64,000 bases of DNA, taken from a bacterium ADurb.Bin236. GTDB taxonomy: Bacteria > UBP15 > UBA6099. Below, piece after piece: positions 1 through 8,555 of this stretch (position 1 is the stretch's first letter; every line of letters begins with the position of its first letter). Position numbers and translations under genes: made by a program. The notes beneath the pieces were generated by a model. That model saw nothing but the letters and a program-made list of their open reading frames with translations, did no database searches and was not told the origin of the DNA. Location: NCBI GenBank assembly GCA_002069885.1, contig MWCD01000004.1, positions 11,037-75,036 of the forward strand, given 5' to 3'.

Positions 1-950
1 ACGTTCAGCCGGTAGTATAGGTCTCTTCTGAAAGAGCCGTTCTCGACAAGTTCGGCGAGCGGGCGGTTTGACGCGGCTATTATTCTGACGTCGGCTTTTG
101 TTGTGGACACGGAACCTAGAGGCTCGTACTCTTTCTCCTGAATGACGCGCAGGAGTTTGACTTGAGCGGCGGGGGAAATATCGCCTATTTCGTCGAGGAA
201 AATCGCGCCGCCCTCCGCGACCGCGAATCTGCCCGGCTTGTCGCGGACGGCGTCGGTGAATGCGCCCTTCACATATCCGAAAAGTTCGGACTCGAAAAGG
301 TTGTCGGGCAGGACTCCGCAGTTGACAACGACATACGGTTTGTCTTTCCGGGGGCTTAGATTATGGATGGCGCGAGCGAAGATTTCTTTGCCGGAACCGC
401 TCGGCCCTTCTATCAGGACGGTGGCGTCGCTGTCCGCTATGTCCGGTAGGATGTTGAATATTTTATGTATATTTCTGTTCTTGCTTACGATGTCCTCGAA
501 AGTGTATTTGCCGCCGATTTCCTTTTTGAGGGCTTCGATGGCGGAAAGGTCGCGGAAGGTTTCGACGCCGCCGATTTGTTGTCCGTCGTCGCCGACGAGC
601 GCGGAAGCGCTGACGCTTATCGGAATTGAGGAGCCATCCTTGGAGATGATATTCAGGGGGCGGTCCACGACGTCGCGCTTCTCTCTGACGGCTTCGTCGA
701 TGGCGCACGCTTGCCGGCAGATGCTCGCCCTGAATATCTCGTTACAGAATTTACCGATAGCCTCTTCTTTTGCGTATCCAGTGATTTTCTCTGCGGCCCG
801 GTTGAAAGTGGTTATTCTTCTGTCGGCGTCGATGGTAAAAACGCCGTCTGCGATGCTGTCGAGGATTGTTCCGACGAATCCGCCGCATTCGTTTTCGCCT
901 ACGGAGAATTTCAATGCGATGTTCCTTCCATATCCGTTTTGTAATGCCAC
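1..950 (-). CDS. Sigma-54-dependent transcriptional activator with an N-terminal Cys-containing PAS domain and an AAA+ sigma-54 interaction domain. The C-terminus runs off the window edge. The start is probably TTG at ~914 or GTG at ~950.
   Basis: My own minus-strand translation gives ...ILDSIADGVFTIDADRRITTFNRAAEKITGY... (PAS) followed by ...DATVLIEGPSGSGKEIFARAIHN...ESELFGY.KGAFTDA... (Walker A and the GAFTGA-like region of NtrC-family activators). This ORF is absent from the supplied track because it lacks a stop inside the window. Confidence 0.8.
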   Translation of the reverse strand, partial: MALQNGYGRNIALKFSVGENECGGFVGTILDSIADGVFTIDADRRITTFNRAAEKITGYAKEEAIGKFCNEIFRASICRQACAIDEAVREKRDVVDRPLNIISKDGSSIPISVSASALVGDDGQQIGGVETFRDLSAIEALKKEIGGKYTFEDIVSKNRNIHKIFNILPDIADSDATVLIEGPSGSGKEIFARAIHNLSPRKDKPYVVVNCGVLPDNLFESELFGYVKGAFTDAVRDKPGRFAVAEGGAIFLDEIGDISPAAQVKLLRVIQEKEYEPLGSVSTTKADVRIIAASNRPLAELVENGSFRRDLYYRLN

Positions 951-1075
951 GCTGTCCGCGCTGTCGTTTGAACGAGCCGCGCTTGCTTCTTAAATTATAT
1001 AATCTCGCCGTCGAAGGTTTCCATATATACGAAAACAATGCCGCGACGGTTAAGATAACAGAAGACGCATTGGGC

Positions 1076-1112
1076 AAATAAAAAACGCAACCGGCATGTT
1101 AAACCGGCTGCG
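1076..1112 (-). terminator. Rho-independent terminator downstream of the RRM gene
   Basis: On the minus strand there is a stem CGCAGCCGG / CCGGTTGCG (one G-U pair) followed by TTTTTTATTT. Confidence 0.5.
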
Positions 1113-1197
1113 TTGATACATCTGAATCATGTGCGAGACGCGAAGCGACCCTGAAAAAGAACCTGGGGGCGACGCGTCGAACTTCCGGATCGGTTTA

Positions 1198-1614
1198 TTA
1201 CCAGCGTTTGCCGCCGCCGCCGTAACCGCCGCCGCCGTAGTCGCCATCGCCGCCGCGACCGCCGCCACCGCCACGGCTTCCGCCGCCGCCATAGCCGCCG
1301 CGTCCGCCGCCGCCGCCGCGATTTCCGCCGCCGCCGTAGCCGCCGCGTCCGCCGCCGCCTCTATCTTCTTTCGGTCGGGCGATATTAACTGTCAGCGCTC
1401 TGCCGTTGACTTCTTTCCCGTTCAACGCGCTGATCGCCGCGTTAGCTTCTTCGTCAGTGTTCATCTCGACGAATCCGAAACCCTTGCTTCTTCCGGTTTC
1501 CCTGTCGGTGATCACAGTCGCGCTCAACACGGTCCCGTGCTGCGAGAACAACTTCTCTAGTTCATCGCTCTTCATTCCGTAATCCAGACTTCCTACAAAC
1601 AGTTTCGTGCTCAA
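1198..1614 (-). CDS. RNA-binding protein with an N-terminal RRM domain and a Gly-rich RGG/GGY C-terminal tail
   Basis: The RNP motifs KLFVGSL and KGFGFVEM are present. The C-terminal ~55 aa are (G)nR / GGYGGGG repeats, which are also visible as near-tandem DNA repeats at 1215-1370. Confidence 0.9.
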   Translation of the reverse strand: MSTKLFVGSLDYGMKSDELEKLFSQHGTVLSATVITDRETGRSKGFGFVEMNTDEEANAAISALNGKEVNGRALTVNIARPKEDRGGGGRGGYGGGGNRGGGGGRGGYGGGGSRGGGGGRGGDGDYGGGGYGGGGKRW

Positions 1615-1790
1615 AACACACTCTCCTTTATTATCCTCCCCGCCGAGGCGGCGCGCATAAACGCGCCCTTCCAGTTCCGTTCAGGCATCCGGACTCGACA
1701 GTGTTGAGGTGAATTTACAATTTTTCGACAAGCAGTTCCCATTCGCGACGGCGCGATTCATAAACTTGCGCCGGATATGATTATACGCTT
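1615..1790 (-). promoter_or_regulatory. Promoter (-10 TATAAT at 1781-1786 on the minus strand) plus a ~155-nt structured 5' leader of the RRM gene
   Basis: CGTATAAT sits upstream. The leader contains GC-rich hairpins (GGCGCGTTTATGCGCGCC and CCGCCTCGGCGGGG) just 5' of the AGGAG RBS. Confidence 0.4.
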
Positions 1791-1851
1791 TTTTTAGAAT
1801 AAACTCCATCATTAAAAAATAATTCTTTTTGGCTAATCACGGCATTTTAAC

Positions 1852-2622
1852 TCACTTTTTCACAGCAATTCCTTTGGCGGCAAGATGCTCTTTCATCTGG
1901 GCGACGCTGAATGTTCCGAAATGAGCTATGGAAGCGACAAGAACGTGGCGCGCAAGCCCCTCGATGATTGCTTGAGAAAGGTGTTCGAGCTTGCCCGCGC
2001 CGCCTGATGCCGTCACCGGTATGCCTACCGCCCCGGCGATAGCCTTGGTCATCGGAATATCATAACCATTAAGGGTTCCGTCAGCGTCCATGCTAGTCGG
2101 CAGCAAGGCCCCCGCGCCGAAATCCTCCATTTTCTTGGCCCATTCGACGGCGTCGATGCCGGTCGGCTTTGTTCCCGCGTTCACTACGACTTCGAATCCG
2201 GAAGAAACCGTTTTCGAGCTTTTAGTGTCGATGGCGACGACGATTTTTTCGCCGCCGAAAGCTGACGCCGCTTCGCGTATCAGTTCGGGGTTCTTGACGG
2301 CGGCCGTATTTATGCCCACCTTTGCGACGCCGATTTCGAGAAGAGCCTCGATGTCCGACGTCGAGCGAATGCCTCCGCCGACGGTCAGCGGGATTGAGCA
2401 TCGTTCTAGAGTCCTTTTCACCGCGTCGCGTATGGTGTCTCTGTTTTCGACGGTGGCGGTGATGTCGAGAAAGACGAGTTCATCCGCTCCGGCAGCGCTG
2501 TAAGCGGCCGCGCTTTCCGCGGGGTCGCCGACATCCTTCAACTCGACGAAGTTTACTCCCTTCACCAGTTTGCCATTCTTTACATCCAGACACGGGATTA
2601 CATGCGTGTAGTTCATAAACAC
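1852..2622 (-). CDS. hisF: Imidazole glycerol phosphate synthase cyclase subunit HisF (the start may be the Met at 2614)
   Basis: VIPCLDVKNGKLVKG...LVFLDITAT... and GGGIRS are typical HisF TIM-barrel motifs. Confidence 0.9.
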   Translation of the reverse strand: MFMNYTHVIPCLDVKNGKLVKGVNFVELKDVGDPAESAAAYSAAGADELVFLDITATVENRDTIRDAVKRTLERCSIPLTVGGGIRSTSDIEALLEIGVAKVGINTAAVKNPELIREAASAFGGEKIVVAIDTKSSKTVSSGFEVVVNAGTKPTGIDAVEWAKKMEDFGAGALLPTSMDADGTLNGYDIPMTKAIAGAVGIPVTASGGAGKLEHLSQAIIEGLARHVLVASIAHFGTFSVAQMKEHLAAKGIAVKK

Positions 2623-2735
2623 CTCCTGATAGTAGAGTCATAGCGGCTAAGGGGATATTATCTCATAAAACAATAATTTCGTCGCCTCCCTGCGGCTTAT
2701 CATGTAAAATTGATTTCGAAATATATCGATAAGGA

Positions 2736-4049
2736 TTGCATGGTGAACGCATGGCTCGTGCCGGAACGGATAACGACATACCCGCCTCGGAAGGAACGGA
2801 TTTTTCGCGCAACGACGGGATGTCGGAGGAGCGCTTTGCGCGCGGTTTCATGAGGATTCTGATTCCGGCGTTTTTAGCGGTCGCCGTTTTGTATTCGCTG
2901 ATGATGCCCGCATGGTTGAGTTCGGACGAGCCTTTTCACTACAAATATATAAAAGTCATACAGACCGAGTTGAGGATACCATCGCACGAGGAGACATATC
3001 AGGCGGCGCATCCTCCTTTGTATTATGCCGCCGCCGCTGTTTGGGGACTTCCGTTCAGGAGCGCGCGCTCGGACGCGCAAAATCACTGGCTGAGGCTGAT
3101 GTCTGTTGTTTTCGGAACGCTGACAGTCTTCATAATCTTCAGGATAGGCCGGGACGCTCTAGGTTCCCCGGCTCTCGGCGCGGGCATGGCCGCGTTCGCG
3201 GCGGCAAATCCCGCTTTCGTCGCGATGAACTCCGTCGTCAACAACGACACCGCCGCAATTCTGGCGTGTTCGGCGACGATTTACTTTATTCTCACGATAA
3301 ATCGAAACGGCGGAAGCATTTGGCGCGCGGCGGCTTGCGGAGCGGCCTCCGGCTTGTGCTGCCTTGTCAAAATCAACGCCAATCTTATTCCGGTCTTTTT
3401 TCTCTTTTTCTATGCGCTTCATCCCGCAAACCGCTCACGGAAGGTTTCAGCTATCTGTCTGGAAACCGCTGTTTATCTTCTTGTATTCGCGGCTTTGGCT
3501 TCAAGCTGGTTCGTAGCAGGATATCTCGACCTCGGCGACAGGGTGTTTTTCAATCCCGTCAACGAAACCATCCCGAACTATCTTCATATTCCCGGCAACT
3601 TGTTGTGGTTTGTCAAATCGCACGCGCTCAACTTCTGGATTCCTCAGGACTATCTGAGGGGATACCCGCAAAATCTGCCGTTCATGATGAAGCTTCTCTA
3701 CTTTTCTCTTTCGGCGTTATTCGCGGCGCTAGCGGCTGTCGGTTTGGCGCGCGCGGCGCGGGGCAAACGCGAGCTTGAAAGACATGCTATGCTTTCGTTT
3801 TACGCGTGCGCCGCCGTGTATATTGCGCAGATGGCGGTTTACAACGCGCAGATGCCTGTGGCGCAGGCGAGGTACGCATATATAATCATCGCGCCGATTG
3901 CCGCAGTGGCCGCCGCGCCTGTTAAAAGCATTTTAGGCGACAGGTTCGGCGCTTTCGTGGTCGGCGGCGCCGCTGTGGGGTTCGCGCTGCATCTTGTGTG
4001 GTCGCTTGTTTTTTTGCGCTCAATCGGGCAGATGCCGTTTTCGGTTTGA
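2736..4049 (+). CDS. Polytopic membrane glycosyltransferase of the GT-C type (GT39/ArnT-like, or DUF2142-like). The track ORF begins with TTG at 2736; ATG at 2751 is the likelier start.
   Basis: The protein has more than 10 predicted TM helices and an N-proximal loop with the acidic motif SDEPFHY. It lies directly upstream of a Dpm1-like GT2. Confidence 0.55.
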   Translation: MHGERMARAGTDNDIPASEGTDFSRNDGMSEERFARGFMRILIPAFLAVAVLYSLMMPAWLSSDEPFHYKYIKVIQTELRIPSHEETYQAAHPPLYYAAAAVWGLPFRSARSDAQNHWLRLMSVVFGTLTVFIIFRIGRDALGSPALGAGMAAFAAANPAFVAMNSVVNNDTAAILACSATIYFILTINRNGGSIWRAAACGAASGLCCLVKINANLIPVFFLFFYALHPANRSRKVSAICLETAVYLLVFAALASSWFVAGYLDLGDRVFFNPVNETIPNYLHIPGNLLWFVKSHALNFWIPQDYLRGYPQNLPFMMKLLYFSLSALFAALAAVGLARAARGKRELERHAMLSFYACAAVYIAQMAVYNAQMPVAQARYAYIIIAPIAAVAAAPVKSILGDRFGAFVVGGAAVGFALHLVWSLVFLRSIGQMPFSV

Positions 4050-4098
4050 CGCTCCGCGTTCTTCTCGCCTTTTTGTTTATGGTTTATAATCCCAATCA

Positions 4099-4854
4099 AT
4101 GATAGAAAATAATGTTTCACACGATCGACCGCAGATAAGCGTTGTATTTCCCGCGTACAACGAGGAAAAACGCATTCCGGAATCCCTTGATAAGACGACG
4201 CGGCATCTGTCCGACGCGGGCCGCGCGTTCGAGATAATCGTGGTGGACGACGGAAGCGGGGACGCCACTTCAGACGTTTCGCGCGCGCAACTTGAAATAT
4301 CCGGCGCGGATTTCAGCATAATCCGCCTTGAGGAAAACAGAGGAAAGGGATATGCGGTGAAGACGGGAATGCTGTCCGCGCGAGGCGAATACGTGTTTTT
4401 CTCCGACGCCGACCTGTCCACGCCCATCGAGGAAATCGAACGATTGCTTCCGCTGCTTGAAGGCGAATGTGATGTTGCGATCGGCTCAAGGGCGCTGCGC
4501 GATTCCAAGCTTGACAAAAGGCAACCTATATACCGCGAAACTTCGGGCAAGTTGTTCAACCTCGCGATGCAGGCCGCGCTGTTGCCCGGGATAAAAGATT
4601 CGCAGTGCGGTTTCAAGGGGTTCCGCGCGGAAGCCGCGCGAAGAATAGCCGAGCTTCAAAAATTCGACCGGTTCTCGTTCGATGTGGAAATACTCTGGAT
4701 CGCCAGAAAACTCGGTTTAAGAATCAAAGAGGTTCCCGTGCGGTGGTCGAACAATCCTGACACGAGAGTAAGCTATTTGAAGGACGGCCTCGTAATGGTC
4801 GCCGACTTATTCAAAATACGTCTGGCGCACAGGAAGACGAACTTCCAACCCTAG
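4099..4854 (+). CDS. GT2 family polyprenol-phosphate sugar synthase (Dpm1/GtrB/ArnC-like)
   Basis: ISVVFPAYNEE...IIVVDDGSGDAT...SDADLS are the GT-A DxD-type motifs. Confidence 0.85.
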   Translation: MIENNVSHDRPQISVVFPAYNEEKRIPESLDKTTRHLSDAGRAFEIIVVDDGSGDATSDVSRAQLEISGADFSIIRLEENRGKGYAVKTGMLSARGEYVFFSDADLSTPIEEIERLLPLLEGECDVAIGSRALRDSKLDKRQPIYRETSGKLFNLAMQAALLPGIKDSQCGFKGFRAEAARRIAELQKFDRFSFDVEILWIARKLGLRIKEVPVRWSNNPDTRVSYLKDGLVMVADLFKIRLAHRKTNFQP

Positions 4855-4891
4855 CCTAAACAAGAGCCAAGCCGGAAATAACCCGCGCCTT

Positions 4892-7198
4892 TTACAGGAG
4901 CGGATGCTCGGACATCGCTTTAATCCTCTGCCATCTTCGCTCTACTTCCGCCTCGAAGGATTTCAATTCATTTTCGAACGCTGGTTTGGCGAGATGTTTC
5001 GTCTTGCCCATCATCTTGAGCCAGTCCAACGCGGGAATGCGCTTGTTTTTCTCTTCGGGGTCGTAAGTGAGAGTGGTGACACCGTTTTCTATTTCGTAAA
5101 GCGGGAAGAAGCAGCAGTCGACGCCGGCCTGAATAATCTCGCGGCATTTGTTTTCGGGTATGCGCCAGTTGAGCGGGCAGGCTGAGAAGATTTTTCCGTA
5201 AACGAAGCCGTGTTCTCGGGCCATGTACTGAGCCTTGGCGGCTTTGCGGGTCAGGTCAAGATGGTTGCACTCCGCGCCTGTGAAGACATAAGGGATGTGG
5301 CAAGCGTTCATAATCTGCACGGTGTCTTTGTGGTGAGTCTTCTTGCCGTGCTGAGCCGGGCCGACGTGGCTGGTGGTGGTCTCGTGTCCCAGAGGGGTGG
5401 AAAAAGACAACTGGTGTCCGGTGTTCATGTAACCGCCGTTGTCGTATTCGAGGCAAATCATGTTGTTGTTGCGCAGCGCGGAGCCGATGGTCGGCCCCAT
5501 GCCGATGTCGTTGCCGCCGTCGCCTGTGACCATAATAAAAGTGATGTCAAGGTCGGAAGGCAGTTCGCCCCGCCGTTTTTTCTCGTGGTACATCTCGACG
5601 ATTCCAGCGACTGTGGGGGCGCCGTTCTGGAAAAGGTTGTGGACGTAAGTCTGCCTGTGGGCGCTGTTGGGATATCCGGTTCCGATAATCATGCCGCAGC
5701 CGGTATGGAACAGAGTGACGACCGGGCCTTCGATGCCTCTCATAAAGAGGTTGAGGGAGGGGATGATGCCGCAGCCGGGGCAGGCTCCGTGTCCGGGGGC
5801 CAGCCGTTTCGGCATGCGGGTCAGTTCTCTTGAGTTGACCCCTTTAACCTGAAGCTTCCCGGTTTCGGGGTCGGGAGAGACGCTGATGATGCCGGGGGTG
5901 AGAGCCGCAATGTCCAGAGGGGGAGCGACGAGTTCGGGTTTGAAGCCGGTCTCGCCCTCAAAAGCGCCGACATATTCATAGGGCTTGGCAACTTTTCCGG
6001 TCTGCGCCGCTTCCAGAGCTTCGTTCAGCAGTTTCACGGCGTCGCTGATGTAGAACTCCAGACCGCCGAGGCCGTAAATACGCGAGAAGATGAGAGATTT
6101 GTTTTCGGGGTCGTCCTTGAGAGCGGCCTTTATTTCAATTGTCATCATGCCGCCCCATCCGCCGAATGTGTCCTGCCTGTCGGCGACGCATATCGCTTTG
6201 CAGTTTTTGAAGACAGCCTGAATCTCTCTAATCGGGAACGGGCGTATAACGTTGGCTGTGACAAGCCCGACTTTTTTGCCTTCGGAGCGAAGGCCGTCTA
6301 TGGCCGCGCGGGCGGTGCTGCTGGAACTGTTCAACATGAACAGAGCGGCTTCCGCGTCTTCCATCCTGTAGGTGGTGACAAGCTCATATTTGCGTCCGCT
6401 TATCGCCGCGTATTCCTCGAATATTTTGGGTATCACATCGTACGCGCGAATCATCGCGTCGCTCTGCTGTTTTCTGTTGTTGATCAAATCGTCGTTCATG
6501 TACGGGCCGACGGTTATCGGGTTAGTCGGATCGAGCAGGTCGTAGTCGGGTTTGAACGGGCCGATGAATTCGCGCACGGCCTCGTCGTTCTTAAACACGC
6601 GCACTCTGCGCTTCTGGTGGCTGGTGAAAAAGCCATCCTGCGAAACGATGACGGGGAGACGCACATCGGGATGCTCGCCGACGCGGACTGCGCAGATGTT
6701 CATATCGTAAACGGCCTGCGGGTCCGGAGCCATGAGAATAACCCATCCGATGTTGAGACAGGATGCGAGGTCAGAATGGTCTCCGCGGATGTTAAGCGGG
6801 CCGCTGACGGCGCGGTTCACAAGGTTCAGCACCATAGGCAGGCGGGTTCCGCTCTGAACGGGGAGTTGCTCAAGGGCAAAAAGAAGGCCTTGCGCGGAAG
6901 TGGCGTTGAACACGCGGCCTCCGGCTGCGGCGGCTCCGAAACATATCCCGGCGGCCCCGTGCTCTCCGTCGCCCGGAACCATGTTTATGGTGTTGTAGCC
7001 GTTCGCTTTCAGGCGGTCCATCTCTTCGGGTATCTGAGTCGAAGGCGTGATGGGATAGTAGCCCATCACGTGGTAGTTTATCTGCGACGCGGCCGCGGCG
7101 GCCATCTCGTTGCCGCTGTCCACCACGCTTATCTGTTCGTACTTTTCGGAAGCTTCGTTTTTCATCGCTCCGGAAGCCATTGTTGTTATTCCTCCCAA
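4892..7198 (-). CDS. 2-oxoacid (pyruvate-type):ferredoxin oxidoreductase, fused alpha (N) + beta (TPP-binding, C) subunits
   Basis: The N-terminal half is a POR alpha domain. The C-terminal half carries CPGCG and the TPP motif GDGG...NGGYMNTG. Confidence 0.9.
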   Translation of the reverse strand: MGGITTMASGAMKNEASEKYEQISVVDSGNEMAAAAASQINYHVMGYYPITPSTQIPEEMDRLKANGYNTINMVPGDGEHGAAGICFGAAAAGGRVFNATSAQGLLFALEQLPVQSGTRLPMVLNLVNRAVSGPLNIRGDHSDLASCLNIGWVILMAPDPQAVYDMNICAVRVGEHPDVRLPVIVSQDGFFTSHQKRRVRVFKNDEAVREFIGPFKPDYDLLDPTNPITVGPYMNDDLINNRKQQSDAMIRAYDVIPKIFEEYAAISGRKYELVTTYRMEDAEAALFMLNSSSSTARAAIDGLRSEGKKVGLVTANVIRPFPIREIQAVFKNCKAICVADRQDTFGGWGGMMTIEIKAALKDDPENKSLIFSRIYGLGGLEFYISDAVKLLNEALEAAQTGKVAKPYEYVGAFEGETGFKPELVAPPLDIAALTPGIISVSPDPETGKLQVKGVNSRELTRMPKRLAPGHGACPGCGIIPSLNLFMRGIEGPVVTLFHTGCGMIIGTGYPNSAHRQTYVHNLFQNGAPTVAGIVEMYHEKKRRGELPSDLDITFIMVTGDGGNDIGMGPTIGSALRNNNMICLEYDNGGYMNTGHQLSFSTPLGHETTTSHVGPAQHGKKTHHKDTVQIMNACHIPYVFTGAECNHLDLTRKAAKAQYMAREHGFVYGKIFSACPLNWRIPENKCREIIQAGVDCCFFPLYEIENGVTTLTYDPEEKNKRIPALDWLKMMGKTKHLAKPAFENELKSFEAEVERRWQRIKAMSEHPLL

Positions 7199-7248
7199 AT
7201 TATGTTCGCGCGCTCGGCGCGCTTAGGCGTTTCGCTCGGCGGCTCAAA

Positions 7249-8274
7249 TCACTCCGCCGCCTCTCTGGCTGACGTGAGAGCCTGCTTCGGACACACTTCT
7301 ACGCATCGCAGGCACCCTTTGCAGTGCATGTAATCGATATGATCGAAGAACTGCCTTTCTTTTCCCTTGTCGTCGGTTTTGCGGGAGAAGATGATGCACT
7401 GATCCGGGCAAGCTGTGTCGCACTCGGCGCAGTTGATGCACTTCGATTCGTCCCAAACGGGTTTGAACCCTGTGCGGGAAGCGGTCAAATCGTTCAACAC
7501 TGTGTTGCCGGGGTTGACGATGACGCCGCCGATGGGCGCGTTCTTCCATCCCAGTTTCGGCTGGAACTGCTTGAACTCTGAAATCGGATATTTATCGTCC
7601 GCCGGGACTTCATAGAGCGCCGCTTCGTCGTAGCCCCGCTTGAATCCTTTTATGTTAGGCTCGACAAGCGCCGGATACTTCTTTTCAAACATGCGTCTTA
7701 TGCCCGCTTCGAGCGCGTCCTTGTCAAGAAATTCCACCGCTCTGGATATCGCGCCGATAATTACGGTGTTTATCCTGACTTTCTCTTCGACGGCGATCTT
7801 CATGGCGTCTACGCAGTACAGCGTGACGCCGCCGGGGATTTTCAACAGGTCTCTGGTTTCTTCTGGAGATTTCGTGGTGTTTACCACTATCTGAGCGCCG
7901 GGCTTAATCCCGTTCATAATCGGCACGCTCTTGACCAGCACGGGAGCAAAGACGACCAGAAGATGCGGTTCAGTGACAGGGCTGTTGATGCGTATCTCCT
8001 TGTCGCTCTCGGCGAGCCTGATGTAGGCGCGGACGGGAGTGCCTTTTTTCTCCGAACCGTAACTGGCGAAACTAATGCCGTTAAGGCCCATGTCCATAAT
8101 GGCGGCGTCGGCGAGAATCTTGCCGGCAAGGTTGGCCCCCTGCCCTCCTATACTCTCCATGCGGATTTCATAATTGCCGAACTGGTTCTTCTTCGTGATG
8201 ACTTCCTTAGCTGTGTCAGTAGTCAAGTCCACCACCCCTTCGATGTTGAATGTTCCGGGATAAAACCGCGTCAT
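7249..8274 (-). CDS. 2-oxoacid:ferredoxin oxidoreductase, fused gamma (N) + delta (2x[4Fe-4S] ferredoxin, C) subunits
   Basis: The gamma-domain motif is GGQG. The C-terminus has CINCAECDTACP and CKGCLRCVEVCP. The gene is adjacent and co-directional with the alpha-beta gene. Confidence 0.9.
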   Translation of the reverse strand: MTRFYPGTFNIEGVVDLTTDTAKEVITKKNQFGNYEIRMESIGGQGANLAGKILADAAIMDMGLNGISFASYGSEKKGTPVRAYIRLAESDKEIRINSPVTEPHLLVVFAPVLVKSVPIMNGIKPGAQIVVNTTKSPEETRDLLKIPGGVTLYCVDAMKIAVEEKVRINTVIIGAISRAVEFLDKDALEAGIRRMFEKKYPALVEPNIKGFKRGYDEAALYEVPADDKYPISEFKQFQPKLGWKNAPIGGVIVNPGNTVLNDLTASRTGFKPVWDESKCINCAECDTACPDQCIIFSRKTDDKGKERQFFDHIDYMHCKGCLRCVEVCPKQALTSAREAAE

Positions 8275-8555
8275 TAAATAATGCGATTCGCCCGGACGCC
8301 CTGCCTATGTCAATCATTTGAATATCATAATGAAAAAAACGCGGTTTTACCACATCCGGGCAAATATTGGAGCGACTTAGGCGCGCGGCCCGGAGATTAG
8401 CTTTTCTTTGAAGCGAATCCGCCTTCAGGATTCGTTGGCATTTGTTCGGCATGGAATCATTAGCCCGCATTTGCGAAAAAAACGGGCTAATAGTTTTTCT
8501 ATCGTTATTTCAGTAAAAATAAAGCGGCACGAAAAGCAATCCGTCCGCTCCGAGC

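Noticed and set aside
238-993. 251-aa plus-strand ORF (and neighbouring Arg-rich minus-strand ORFs 463-708 and 751-1077)
   Set aside because: These are antisense or out-of-frame to the convincing minus-strand PAS-sigma-54 activator gene. The translations are low-complexity (Ser/Arg-rich) with no motifs.
1129-1560. 143-aa Ala-rich plus-strand ORF and the 1050-1292 minus ORF
   Set aside because: They are an artefact of reading the GGY/RGG-encoding GC-repeat of the RRM gene on the opposite strand or frame.
8456-8500. Hairpin TTAGCCCG...CGGGCTAA followed by a T-run in the porGD/EEP intergenic region
   Set aside because: It could be a terminator for the minus-strand EEP gene or a leader structure of the por operon. 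The orientation is ambiguous (the T-run is on the plus strand, where no upstream plus-strand gene exists), so I left it unannotated.
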